The position numbers and the translations under genes were made by a program. A DNA stretch of 21,560 nt from Piromyces finnis finn (lineage: Eukaryota; Fungi; Neocallimastigomycota). Positions within the stretch are counted from its first letter, which is position 1. Every line of letters begins with the position of its first letter. Location: positions 1 through 21,560 of the forward strand of contig MCFH01000171.1 of NCBI GenBank assembly GCA_002104945.1. Direction: 5' to 3'. Of this stretch, positions 7,040 through 19,142 are shown piece by piece. The notes beneath the pieces were generated by a model. It had not been told where the DNA came from. It searched no databases and saw nothing but the letters and a program-made list of their open reading frames with translations.

Positions 7040-10000
7040 ATGGATTTCGCAAGTTTTATGCTTGTTTTGAAGGAAAACTATCCTAATGTTAGTTTGTCCG
7101 AAGATGAAGAAGAATACATTAGTTCATTATTTGAAGATGAAATCTCTATGGACGAATTAAAAGATGTAACAGAAGCTTTCCTTCAAAATGCTGGTATGGG
7201 TGATGATGACTGTAGTCAATTTTATACATTATTAGATAAAAAATTCAATTTAAAAGCCAATGATGTTCCAGAAGAGCCAATAAAAGTTGAACCGGTAAAC
7301 TTATATTGAATAAATAAATAAAACAATAATTGATTTTTACTACCTTTTTAAATATTATTTTTAAGAAAATCCATTTTAAAATTAAAACAAATTTATTTAA
7401 ATATATTCTTTTATATATATTACTATTATAAATAAATCTTTTATAATAATTTATCAATTAAATCATTATTACATAATAATGCATTGATATATTTTAAAAT
7501 AATATTATTAACAATACAATTCAACAAATAAAAAACAATATATATAAATGTATTTCTAAACATGATATGTAGGCTACAATTGAAAAAAATCTTTCACAAA
7601 TGTCACTCAATTCAGAAAAAGTTGAACCAAAAAAGACATTATTAACCTCAAGTTCACCAACCAATACTAAAAAGGGTAGAGCCGCTAAGGGTAGAAGAAG
7701 AGAAAGAAATAAAACAAAGAGTGTTGAAGACACAAAGGAAGATGATGAAGACAAGACATATGATTCACTTAAAAGTATTAATGCATTTTCACAAGTTTCA
7801 CGTTATCACACTGAAACCATTGATTCATATGCCAAAGATATTGATCTTAAAGATTTAAATATTTTAGTTGGAGATAGAGAAATTTTAACCGATGCAAATT
7901 TAAAATTAAATCAAGGTGTTCATTATGGTTTAATTGGTCAAAATGGAATTGGAAAATCAAGTAATTATAATTCTATATTCATTATTAATATTATTATGCA
8001 AAATTAAACAAAACAAAATAAACAAACAAACAGAAAAAAAAAAAATACATAATATACTAATTAAATGAATTCACATTTTACGAAAAACTATATTATTTTT
8101 CTTATTAATTATAATTAGCATTATTAAAGGCAATTGGATATAAGTTAATTATTGGTTTCCCAGAACAAGTTCAAACTCATTATGTTGAACAATTAGAAAA
8201 TGTTAATTTAGAAATGTCAGTAATTGATACCATTTTAGAAAGTGATAAAAAGGCAGAAAGAATTAAGAAAGAACACAAATTACTTCAAGAAGCAGTTGAA
8301 GGAGGAAATACTCAAAGTATTGTTAAAACAGTCTTACAAATTAAGTATGATAGACTTTGTAGTGCATTAGAAGATCAAGAAAAAGTTTTTAAAAGAAGAA
8401 GCCGTGAACGTGCTAAAGAAGCTAGAGCAAAGTATTTTGTTATTGAAGAACAAGTTAAAGAAGCTGAAAAGTAATAAATTATATATATATATATATAAAT
8501 ATATAAATATATAAATTATACATTATACATATATAAATTATACATATAAATTGATAAATTATTTATTATACTTATTTGTTATATTTAATAATTATTATAT
8601 TTATTAATTATAATATTTATTATTATTTATATCTATTTATCATTTATATTGATTATTATTCATATTGATTATTAATTGATTAATTGATTATTAAAATTCC
8701 TATTATATAAGAAATTTAACGAAAAAGTATTCACACGATGAAGAGCAACAACTTGTTTTAGAAGGAACCGAAATGTTAAATGATTTATATATTGAACTAG
8801 ATTTAGTAAGTTATTAAAATCCTAAAAATTTTACATGTTTATATCTATATCTATGTTTATGTCTATATATGAATTATTGAAGTTATAGTCAAAGACAAAA
8901 TACTGATTTCTAATAATATTAATTTTTAATAATATTAATTATTTATAAAAAAAATATATGTTACTTAAAATATAATAAAAAAAAAAAAAAAAATTTAGAT
9001 TGATGCAGATGCACTTTACGCCAAGGCCTCCAAAATTTTAAGTGGTCTTGGTTTTTCAGAAGAATGGCAAAAAGGACCAATGAAGAATTTATCAGGAGGA
9101 TGGAGAATTAGAGCATCATTAGCTCAAGCTTTATTCCTTGAACCATTTATTCTTTTATTAGATGAACCTAGTAAATATCATTTTTAAATTATCATTTGAA
9201 TACTTTACTTGTTACTATGTTGTTGAATTTTTTTTTATTTATTTTTTAAAATGATAATGTTTTTTATTATAAATATTAATATAATACTCTATTTTTTTTT
9301 ATTATAATAAAAAGCAAATCATCTTGATTTCCCAGCTATTATTTGGCTTGAAGGTTATTTAAAATCATTAACTGAAACTACCTTAGTGATTGTTTCTCAC
9401 GATCGTGCATTCCTTAATGAAGTAGTTGATGAAATTATTGTTTTAAAGAATAAAACATTAAAATATTATTCAGGAAATTATGATATATATGAACAAGCTT
9501 ATGAAGAAGATCAATTACACAAACAAAGACAAAAAGAAACCATTGAAAAGAAAAAGCAAGCTTTACAACAAAATATTCAAAAGAATTTACAAATGGCCAG
9601 AAAAAGTGGAGATGATAAAAGACTTCAACAAGTTGCTAGTAGAAAGAAGGTTTGATACTAAAGTTAAATTATAATAAATTATAATTTCACATCAATAGTT
9701 TTGAAAATATATATATTATTTATTAATATTAAATTTATAAACAATATAAATAATTTTTACTGTTTTTTTTTTTTTTTAAAAAAATTAAAAATATTAATAA
9801 TGTTTTATATTTAAATTTTTAATAAAAGAAATTAGTTGAAAGAACAGGTCTTGAAACCAATCAATATGGTTTTAAATTTAAGCTTAATCGTGATATGGTT
9901 GGATACTTTGATTCAAACCGTATTGATGTTGAATTAGATACAGCTAATGCAAAACCACATTGGGATATTCCAGAACCAGGTGTTTTAAGAAATAAAGATT

Positions 10001-10875
10001 CTATATTGAAGGTTCAAAATTTGTCTTATAAGTATGGCAATAATTTACCATGGATCTTAAGAGATATTTCCTTAAATATTGAACTTGGTAATAAAGTTGG
10101 TATTGTAAGTGTCAATCCACAACAATTGTTGTTAAGTAACATTATATATATATATATATATTTTTTTTTTTCATATTAAAACTAAATTTATTTAGTCATC
10201 AATTTTATTAGTTGTTAAACTCGTATTAATAATATTTTTTAATATTAATGTTTATTTTGATGCAATGAATTTAATAATAATGCATTCCGTTACCATTAAT
10301 ATCTTATAAATTTATAGATGGGTTCTAATGGAGAAGGTAAATCTACTTTTGTATCATTAATTTCTGGTAGATTTAATCCAGTAGACGGAACTATTCTTCA
10401 TCATCCACAAGCAAAAATTGGATGTTTCGAACAACACGATGTAGAAAAATTAGTCAATACTTACAAGAATTTAAATTGTATTCAATACCTTTCACAACTT
10501 TATCCAGAAGCCCAAAGCCAAGATTTATATAATTTAATGGGATCATTTGGTATTTCAGGATCCTTAGGACAAAATCCTATTTATACATTATCTGGAGGAC
10601 AAGTTGTAAGATTAATTATGGCATCCATCTTTTATAATAAACCACACTTTATTATTCTCGATGAACCTACTAATCACTTGGACACCGAAACGATTGAAGT
10701 CATGATTGAAAATTTAAAGAAATTTTCAGGATCTGTTATTATTGTTAGCCACGACCAATATTTTGTTGATCAAATTGCAGAAAGAGTATATTATTTAAGA
10801 AAACAAAGATTCCATAAATTAGAAGGAGGTGTTAAAGAATATATTAAAATTGTTAAAAAAGATATTAAAATGTAA
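7040..10875 (+). CDS. ABCF-family soluble twin-ABC ATPase (GCN20/ABCF3-like), 8 exons, 809 aa predicted
   Basis: Exons 7040-7294, 7573-7960, 8119-8470, 8712-8805, 8999-9170, 9315-9649, 9829-10104 and 10318-10875 (2430 nt, all GT-AG, phases consistent). Motifs are GQNGIGKST, LSGGW, LLLDEPTNHLD, VSHDR, then GSNGEGKST, LSGGQ, ILDEPTNHLD, VSHDQ. No transmembrane domain. Confidence 0.93.
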
Positions 10876-11152
10876 ATGAAAATGTCATAATATACATAGT
10901 TATGAATTTATTTAATTATTTTTTAAACATGTTTAAAATTAAAATAAAATAATTTATTTACAAGAACATATAAAAGATAATCAAGGTATAAATCCCACAC
11001 AATACACTTATCTTAAAATATAAATAGATTAAAATATTAAAATAATATTTCTATCTTGAATTGTAAAAAAAGAAAAAATAGAAATATTTACACAAATATT
11101 TATTTCATCGTAATATCAACTATTTTTTATTATAAAAACATTAAAAAAAAAA

Positions 11153-11170
11153 CACACACACACACACACA
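11153..11170. repeat. (CA)9 microsatellite
   Basis: Read directly from the sequence. Confidence 0.9.
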
Positions 11171-12478
11171 TACATAAATATATAATATAAAATAATAACA
11201 ACAATAATAATAGAAATAATATTTCTTGTTAATCATAATATAATATTAGATTAATATAAATATTATTAATAAATTAATTTTCTAGATCTTAGTCTATTAA
11301 ATTTATATTTTTTAATATAAAGAAAGTGAAACATTTTTTGAAATTTAATTAATAAAATACATTAAAAAACGGTTTTTTTTTTTATAAAAAAACTTTAAAT
11401 TATCATTTAATAAGTTTTACTTTTTGAATTTAAATCATTTGAAAAGGTAAAGATAACCTTGTTATTAAAGAAATAGAGGACACTTAAATACTGTATAACT
11501 GAAAAAAAGAAAAGGAAAAAAAAAAGATACTTTTCCTTTTAATTTATTTTAAAAAATCTTTTTATCTTTAATAGTAAAGAATTTCTATTAGTAGTTGTAT
11601 ATTATTAATAGTACTATTATTAAAGTAGTACTTATTATTAAGTATTTTCAATACCAAATAAAATATTTAATGTTGTTGTATATATTTAAAAAACAAAAGA
11701 ATTTTAAATATAAATAGAAATATATACATATATTTTGATTTTTTCTATAGTAGTAAAAAAAAAAAAAAAATCCAGTTTTTTTATTCCATCTTTCTAGTTT
11801 ATTATAATTGTAATTATCATTATATTTAAAATTATAATAATAATATTAAAAAAAGACCGTCATTTTAAAAGACTAGAACAATTTTTCAGTTTAAAATGTT
11901 TAATTAATTTTATTATGAGTATGGTTACATATAATGAAAATTTCATTCTATGATGTAACTAATTATTTCAACTTTAAAAATTAGTCAAATATGATTAATT
12001 AATCAATGATAATTTTAATGGAAAAATTTATTTATCATCTTCATTATTTATATTAAAAATAAAAAAAAAAAATTTACTGAATTAAAATGTAAAAGAATTA
12101 TAGATAAAATAGATAAAATAAAAAGACCTTTTTATAATTTTAATAATAAATAAGAATAGATTATAAAATAATATAACATGTAATAGTATGTATAGTTTTA
12201 TATAGTTTTATGATATAAAAAAAGTACAATAACTATATAATAAATGATTCATTAAAAAAAAAAAAGTATTTGCATTTATATTAGTAATTTATGCATTGTA
12301 TATATTACAAATATAATTTAGTTTAAAAATCAATATGAAACATATATAATAATATATATATATAAATGTATAAAATATTCTAATATATATTATATATTTT
12401 TTCTATTGTGTATTTTATATATAATTATATAGAAATCATGTAATATAAATTGTTAGAATATGTGAAACGTTATGTCAC

Positions 12479-12516
12479 ATGTATTCAAATGTATTGAAAT
12501 GTATTAAAACGTATTT
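12479..12516. repeat. Degenerate 10-bp tandem repeat (ATGTATTnAA, about 4 units)
   Basis: atgtattcaa atgtattgaa atgtattaaa acgtattt. Confidence 0.6.
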
Positions 12517-14016
12517 GTATATATTGTATTTGATTATATGTTTAAGCCACAATGTAAATGTATAAATACATGTAGTTTGAGAAGAATGTAACGCAAGTAG
12601 TTCTTTATCATAAAATATATTAATAAAGTTGACATAATTATAAACCTAAATTAAACAACTCTTAATATAAATCTTAAGATAAATTGAAAATCCTTTTTTA
12701 ATTTAATTAAAGTAGTACATATTAATACTATATTAAACTTTAATTTTAATAAAAAATATATTTCATAATGATTATTTTATCAAATATTAAGAATAAGGTT
12801 TCTTCCTTTTTTTTAATATAATAAATACATTAAATATGCTATTTAATTCATATTTAAGTAATGTACCACATATTAATAAATAATGAAAGAATTTGTGGAT
12901 GATCATTTCTAATTCCTTTAAATCCTTAAAAAAGAATTTTTATTTAGAAACTTAATTTTTATATAAAATTATTAAATGTTTTTTTAAAAAATACTATTTT
13001 CATTATAATTTTAAACGTTAGTATAAAACAAATATAAGCTTATTTTTTCAAAATAATAATATACGAAGAGTATTTAAAATTGAGTATTATCTTTTACATA
13101 ACAATTATAAATTATAAAGAAATAGTTATATAAAAAATAGGGGATATACTAATTCTAATTGTACTCCTATTGTTTCTGTGGCTGGTGAATAACAATTGAA
13201 ATGATAGTTTTTTTAAAAAAGTCATATCAAAGGTTTAATATTTAATTAGATTATATAAAAAATAAATATAAATAAAGTTAATATTATTTAGTAGATTTTT
13301 ATTTATGATAAAACCTTTATTACATTGAATTATTAATATATCTTTTTTTTTTTAAAAAAAATGGAATAGTATTATAGTATGTGTGTCATTATTATAAATT
13401 CTTATCCAATAAAATATTAATTAAACTTTTTACTTTATATTAATTTTTTATTATTGTACACAATTTAATATCATTACCTATTATTTTTAATATAATATAT
13501 AAAAGCAAAAATTTCTCTATTCATTTAATTTTTTTCAAAAAAAAAAACAAAAATATAGTAAATATAAAAAATAAACAATAAATATAAATAATAAATAATA
13601 AATCAAAATTAAAGAATAAAAATAAATTAAAAAATATATATAATTTTTAAACCTTTATATAATAATTTGAATTGATAGAAATAAGTGGTTTAAAAATAAT
13701 TAAAAAAAAAAAACTTTTAATATTGAGAAAAAAAGAAATGAAAATATAATATTTTTTTTTCAAAAACAATAAAACACAAATTTAAAGAAAATTTTTATCA
13801 AAATAAAATATATGTTTAAGATTTTTCTTTAAAAAGAAGCAAACAAAACAAAAACAACAACTATAAATAATTATCATTATTTTATAATGTTGAAATTTTA
13901 AACATATATAATAATATAAAAAAATCAAAAGAAAAAAATAATTAAAATTTTATTATTTATTATTATAAATAATACTTATTAAATAGATATAATTTTATTA
14001 AAAAACTAAAATAAAA

Positions 14017-14199
14017 ATGTTAAAAGTAAGGAAAAGAATAGACGGTATACCTATATTTGATAAATTAGATAGACCATTATATCACTTAAATTCAGAAAAT
14101 GAAATAAATAAATATATGGTAGTAGTGGATGAGATTAATAATATAGAAGGACATTATATAAAATTAGATGATTGTTTAAAAGAAAATATGAGAAAATGA
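14017..14199 (+). CDS. 60-codon ORF, either the true N-terminus of the downstream gene (frameshifted) or a uORF
   Basis: ATG start and coding-like composition compared with the flanks. It overlaps the next ORF by 28 nt in the -1 relationship. Confidence 0.4.
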   Translation: MLKVRKRIDGIPIFDKLDRPLYHLNSENEINKYMVVVDEINNIEGHYIKLDDCLKENMRK

Positions 14200-16259
14200 A
14201 TATATATACCAAATCACCATTATCTAATAATACATATATTATAGAAGATCAATCGTCAATAAAATCAGTACTTGGCTGGATAAATAAATGGAATAATAAA
14301 AAGAAAATTTCAAAAAATTTTAAAATCAGAAAATCAAAATCAAAATATATAGGCAATTTAAATAACGAAATACCTCTTATTATTAAACTTTTTAAGTATA
14401 ATAAAAATAAGAAAATTGAAATGAACACAATTCATTTAAATGTTTACGCTGATGAAAATATATTAAATATAAAAGATAAATCAAAAAAGTTAAAAAAGAA
14501 TTTAAAGCCAGTTGAAAATAAGAAAAAACAAAACAAGAAAACTACTCCAAATCTTTTATGTATACCAATTAAATCAACAAAATTTAACTGGTTAAAGAAA
14601 AAAGAACAAAAAGAATTTGATGCTAATATGTCAATTGACGATTTTCAATTCCAAAGCTCTGATTTAAAAAGCTTTTTACCAATCAAATCCAATAATATAT
14701 TTGAACAAAGTAACTTTAAAACAGAAGAAGATAAAGGAATGGATATCAATGTTGATAAAATGTTAGATGATAAAGAAATAAAAAATTCTTTAAAGAGAGA
14801 AAGTAATAGTGAAATAATAAGAGAAAATTGTAAAAAGAGAAATGTAAAAACTGAAATGATAAATGAACAAAAGAACGATCAAAAAAATACTGGTAAAAAT
14901 AAACAATGCTTACAATCATTAGTAATACCAACTAATAATTTATATAAATTAAATAATAATTCAGCTAAAAATTTATCAGCTTCAACTCTTGGTAACAATG
15001 AATATTTTGATTGCCCAAAATATCAAGAAGCAACTTCATACATGCCATCACCATGCAATTCAACAGCATCTACATTGGTATCACCAGTAGCATCTGTTTC
15101 CCCTAAAATAGAATCAAAATTTGAAATAGATTCTTGTGATTATGCTGATTTTTTAAAAGAGAGAATTAATGAACAATCAGAAAATAACGAAGTTACTGAT
15201 TTAGAAAGAAAGCATTGTTCATTACCATTATGTCCAGAAAATATAAAAAATAGAAAAACTCGTAGAAGATCATATGCATTTTCATTGACTTCAAATGAAT
15301 TTAATTTAATATATTCTGAAGCTAATCAAGCTGTTATTTCAGGGTTATGTAAAACCGTTGAAAATAAACAAAATAAGAAAAGTGAAAGAGAGAAACTTAC
15401 CACAAAAAAGGATGAAGGTGAAAAACCATTTATTAAAGGTCACTCTAGAACGCAATCTAGACACCGTCGTTCTCATGCTGTTTGTCTCTCAAGTGAACAA
15501 ATATTAAACTTTGGTAATGAAGATGACTCAAAACAAATTAATAATGGAGTTTCCTTATCTTCATATGCTATATTAAATTCAAATTCAAAAACTAATAAAG
15601 ATACCCAACTTAAGAGAAGAAGCACAAATATAATTAAATATAAAAATTCTAATTCATCTCTTAGTTCTTCAAATAGTTTTTGTAGTAATTCAGGAAATAT
15701 GAGACCTCTATCAACAAACAGGTTATCTCGTGATATTGAATTATTAAGAGCTATGAAAATGAAAAGAAGTAGATCCGTACCAAAATTGGATCAACCGGAA
15801 TCAAATAGAAGTCCTTCTAATTCAAGATTTAGTATGGATGTTACTTCTTATAAAGAAAATATTGGAATAAGTCTTCATAGTAATTCAACAAATAGTCTTA
15901 CTCCTCCAAGTAATATTGTATATTATTCTTTTAATAATAAAAATGAAAATAATTCTATGTTGGATGGATATAAAAAAAATAACAATCGTGGAAGTTATGG
16001 TTTATTTACTGATACTATTAATCAAAAAACCAATATAACAAGTCGATGGAGTAATGTTTTTGAAAGCAGTAGTTGTGGAAGTAGTACCTATTGTAATAGT
16101 GAAGAAGATGGTTTTCATAATAATGGAATAGTCAATTCCAAGGAAGATTTATTAAATTTTGAATTAGCTAATAAGAGTTTTAATGAATCAATTCAAAATG
16201 AATCACCGGAAATCATTGTTCAACGTCCACCACCAACACCAATGATTGGAATGCTATAA
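14172..16259 (+). CDS. Hypothetical intronless Ser/Asn/Lys-rich, probably disordered protein (first in-frame ATG 14196)
   Basis: A 2.1-kb open frame in very AT-rich DNA. I recognise no domain. It has several basophilic R-R/x-x-S sites and a C-terminal RPPPTP. Confidence 0.8.
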   Translation: MFKRKYEKMNIYTKSPLSNNTYIIEDQSSIKSVLGWINKWNNKKKISKNFKIRKSKSKYIGNLNNEIPLIIKLFKYNKNKKIEMNTIHLNVYADENILNIKDKSKKLKKNLKPVENKKKQNKKTTPNLLCIPIKSTKFNWLKKKEQKEFDANMSIDDFQFQSSDLKSFLPIKSNNIFEQSNFKTEEDKGMDINVDKMLDDKEIKNSLKRESNSEIIRENCKKRNVKTEMINEQKNDQKNTGKNKQCLQSLVIPTNNLYKLNNNSAKNLSASTLGNNEYFDCPKYQEATSYMPSPCNSTASTLVSPVASVSPKIESKFEIDSCDYADFLKERINEQSENNEVTDLERKHCSLPLCPENIKNRKTRRRSYAFSLTSNEFNLIYSEANQAVISGLCKTVENKQNKKSEREKLTTKKDEGEKPFIKGHSRTQSRHRRSHAVCLSSEQILNFGNEDDSKQINNGVSLSSYAILNSNSKTNKDTQLKRRSTNIIKYKNSNSSLSSSNSFCSNSGNMRPLSTNRLSRDIELLRAMKMKRSRSVPKLDQPESNRSPSNSRFSMDVTSYKENIGISLHSNSTNSLTPPSNIVYYSFNNKNENNSMLDGYKKNNNRGSYGLFTDTINQKTNITSRWSNVFESSSCGSSTYCNSEEDGFHNNGIVNSKEDLLNFELANKSFNESIQNESPEIIVQRPPPTPMIGML

Positions 16260-17091
16260 ATAAAGAAAAATTACATAGGTTTATTCCTGTTATTTTATAA
16301 AAAAAAATGAAATAAATATATAATATAGAAAAAATTTATCAAATTTAGATTTTATAGATATACCTTTGAATACCAATAAACAATTAATATATAAAAAATA
16401 AATCAAAGATAAAGGTTAAAGCCAAAAACCAATATAAAATATATTATTAACAAAACAACATAATAATAATACTAAAAAAGAAGTATAACAATAATAATAA
16501 CAATAACATTACTAAATAATATTAAATAATCTTATTAATATCAACTTTTTGTAAGGTAAATAATATTAAATAAAATATATATTTTATTTATATATTATTT
16601 ATCTTAATTTTTCTAGAAAAAATATATATAATATATTATACCAATAAACACTCTAAAGCATGCAGGAATTAATAATAATGAATTATTAAAGGATTCACTA
16701 TTAATTAATTATTAAATCAAACAAAACTAATAATAAGTTTAGAGAAATTTAAAAATTTAGATTTCTTATAATAAATAATTAAAAATCAAACTATTATAAA
16801 AATTATATGTAATAAAATAAAACAATAGTATTATTTTTAATTATTAAATTATTTATAAATATAGAGTGAAAGAGGAAAAGTAAAAATATAAAAAGAATAG
16901 ATTATTAATTTATTTATATATATAATAATTATAGTTTAAATATTCTTTATATATTTTTCTTTTTACTCATTCACACATCATAATAGATAAAAATATTTAT
17001 TTTATCATTTTTTTTTTTTTATTTTATTATTTAGAAAAAAAGAATAATAATAAAAATATAGATAACTTTATATAGTTTTTTTATGTTTTTT

Positions 17092-17121
17092 CTTTTTTTT
17101 TTTTTTAAAAAAAAAAAAAAG
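17092..17121. repeat. Perfect 30-bp palindrome C-T14-A14-G
   Basis: T 17093-17106 and A 17107-17120, flanked by C and G. Confidence 0.8.
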
Positions 17122-19043
17122 TTAGTAAAAAAAAAAAAAAAAAAAGAACAAAGAACAAATAAATAAATTAGTAAATTTAAAGTTATAAAAAAAAAAAAAA
17201 GGAAGTATATTTTGTGTAAAAAAGTTATTTGATTCATTATTAAAGATTTTGATTTGATTTTACTAAATTTTTATATTTGTTAATCGAGTGGTTTAAACAA
17301 CCAGTAAATAGTGTTATCAAAACAAGAAAGTTAAAAAAACCTTTTTTTTTAATAAAGTAATTATTGTATATCACTATATATAAATTTAATTGTATTTTAT
17401 TCATTTCATTGAGCAAAAGTTAATTATTTTACTAATATACATTTTTTTTCTTTTATTTTGTTATTAATAAAAGCAATGCATATTAGAAGTGAAAAAAAAA
17501 AAAAAAAAAAATTTGTTATTAAAAACAACTAACATTCAATATTTTATTGTTAAATTTTATTGTTATTTAAATATATATACAATTGAGTAAAATCAAGTAA
17601 TAGTTTTATATATATTAAATGAAATAAATCTTTAATATTTATAAGACTCTGTATTAATTCTTAAAATTCTATTTCTTATTTCTTTTTTCCTTTTTCTTTT
17701 CTTTTTTTTTTAACATTTTATTTGTAAAATAAGAAATATAAGGTTTTATATGATAAAATTTATTTTAATATTAGTTATAATTTAATGCATGATAATTGTT
17801 AATTAGTTAGATTTATTCTTAAAAAAAGGTAAATTGTTAATCATTACTAGATAATTCACTTTATTAAAGTTTTTCATTCATTTTCTATATTATTTTGATG
17901 AATTAATAAATAGAGTTTAATTATTAAATCTATTTTTTGAAACCTTAATAGTTTTTTATTTTACCGAAGATATAATGAATAATGAATAAAAGTAGATATT
18001 CTTTTTATTTTGAAAATTTAATTATTAAATTTTAAAAAATATAAAAGTTTAAAATGTTTTTTTAGAAATTATCATCTAATTTCTATTAGGATATATGAAT
18101 AAAGTAAAAATCTTAATTTATAAGAAATGTTAAAATAAGAATAAGAATAAAAATATATATTTATAACTATGGAAATAATAATATTATAATTTATGATGTT
18201 TTTATAATTTTTATTTGTATTATATGTTAAAAATTATATTATCTTTAATGTTGAAAAAATAAAAAAGAAAAGTTAAAAAAAAAAGAGAATTTTAAGGATA
18301 CTTAATACTTTTTTTTTTTTTTTTTGATTTAAAAGAATAACCATATATACCCATATATATATCTTTTGTTTTTCCTTTTTATATATATATAAAGAAAAAA
18401 TATATAATATATATATTTTCATTTTATACCTTAAACATATTTGGATAAGCGATTGTTAATATATAATATATAATACAATAATACAATAATACAATAAAGT
18501 ATTTTATTTATTTTATAATTTTGGAATATAAAGGAAATTTTAACAAAGAATATATATTTAAATAATTATAAAAATTATATATCATATAGCTAAGAATATA
18601 GTTATATGTTATAATAATTTATTTGTATATGCAAAATCATATGGAAGAGGGATCTCTATTAGTGAAAGAACTAAAAATGAATAATAAGGTTACAAAAGAT
18701 TTAATATATAAAATACTAAATATAGCATTATAATTTTTTTTATATTCATTTATTCAGAATAACTATATAAATACTCTCAATTCGATTATTTAAATATACC
18801 AATATTATATAAGAAAGCTCTAATAATTCTGGATATTATTATTAATATTTTAATAATATTAATAATAATAATAATAAACAAATATTAATAACAATAATAT
18901 TATAAGATAAAAAAATAAACATACTATTTGAAGAATAAATATTATCAAAACATTTATTATAACATTATATTTTGATTATTATTATTTTTTTTTCGGTATA
19001 ACTCAACATTTATAATATTACAATACAAATCGTATAAAAACAA

Positions 19044-19105
19044 ATGACAGAAATAATCAACAATACTAATACTAATATTAATACTACTACTACTACTACT
19101 ACTAC

Positions 19106-19142
<37 letters not shown>

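Noticed and set aside
7245-7754. Minus-strand ORFs 7245-7457 and 7521-7754
   Set aside because: They are antisense to ABCF exons and intron 1. Their hydrophobic look comes from T-rich sequence.
9480-9674. Alternative-frame 64-aa ORF inside ABCF exon 6
   Set aside because: A by-product of the A-rich exon. The ABCF frame explains the region.
10876-14016. Hidden tRNA, snRNA or transposon in the 3-kb intergenic region (for example the weak hairpin near 13136-13170)
   Set aside because: No cloverleaf, box motifs, terminal repeats or coding remnants were recognisable. It reads as ordinary very AT-rich spacer.
14746-14931. Minus-strand 61-aa ORF
   Set aside because: Antisense shadow of a Lys/Asn-rich coding region.
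17031-17237. Minus-strand 68-aa ORF (poly-Phe/poly-Lys)
   Set aside because: It is a translation of homopolymer tracts.
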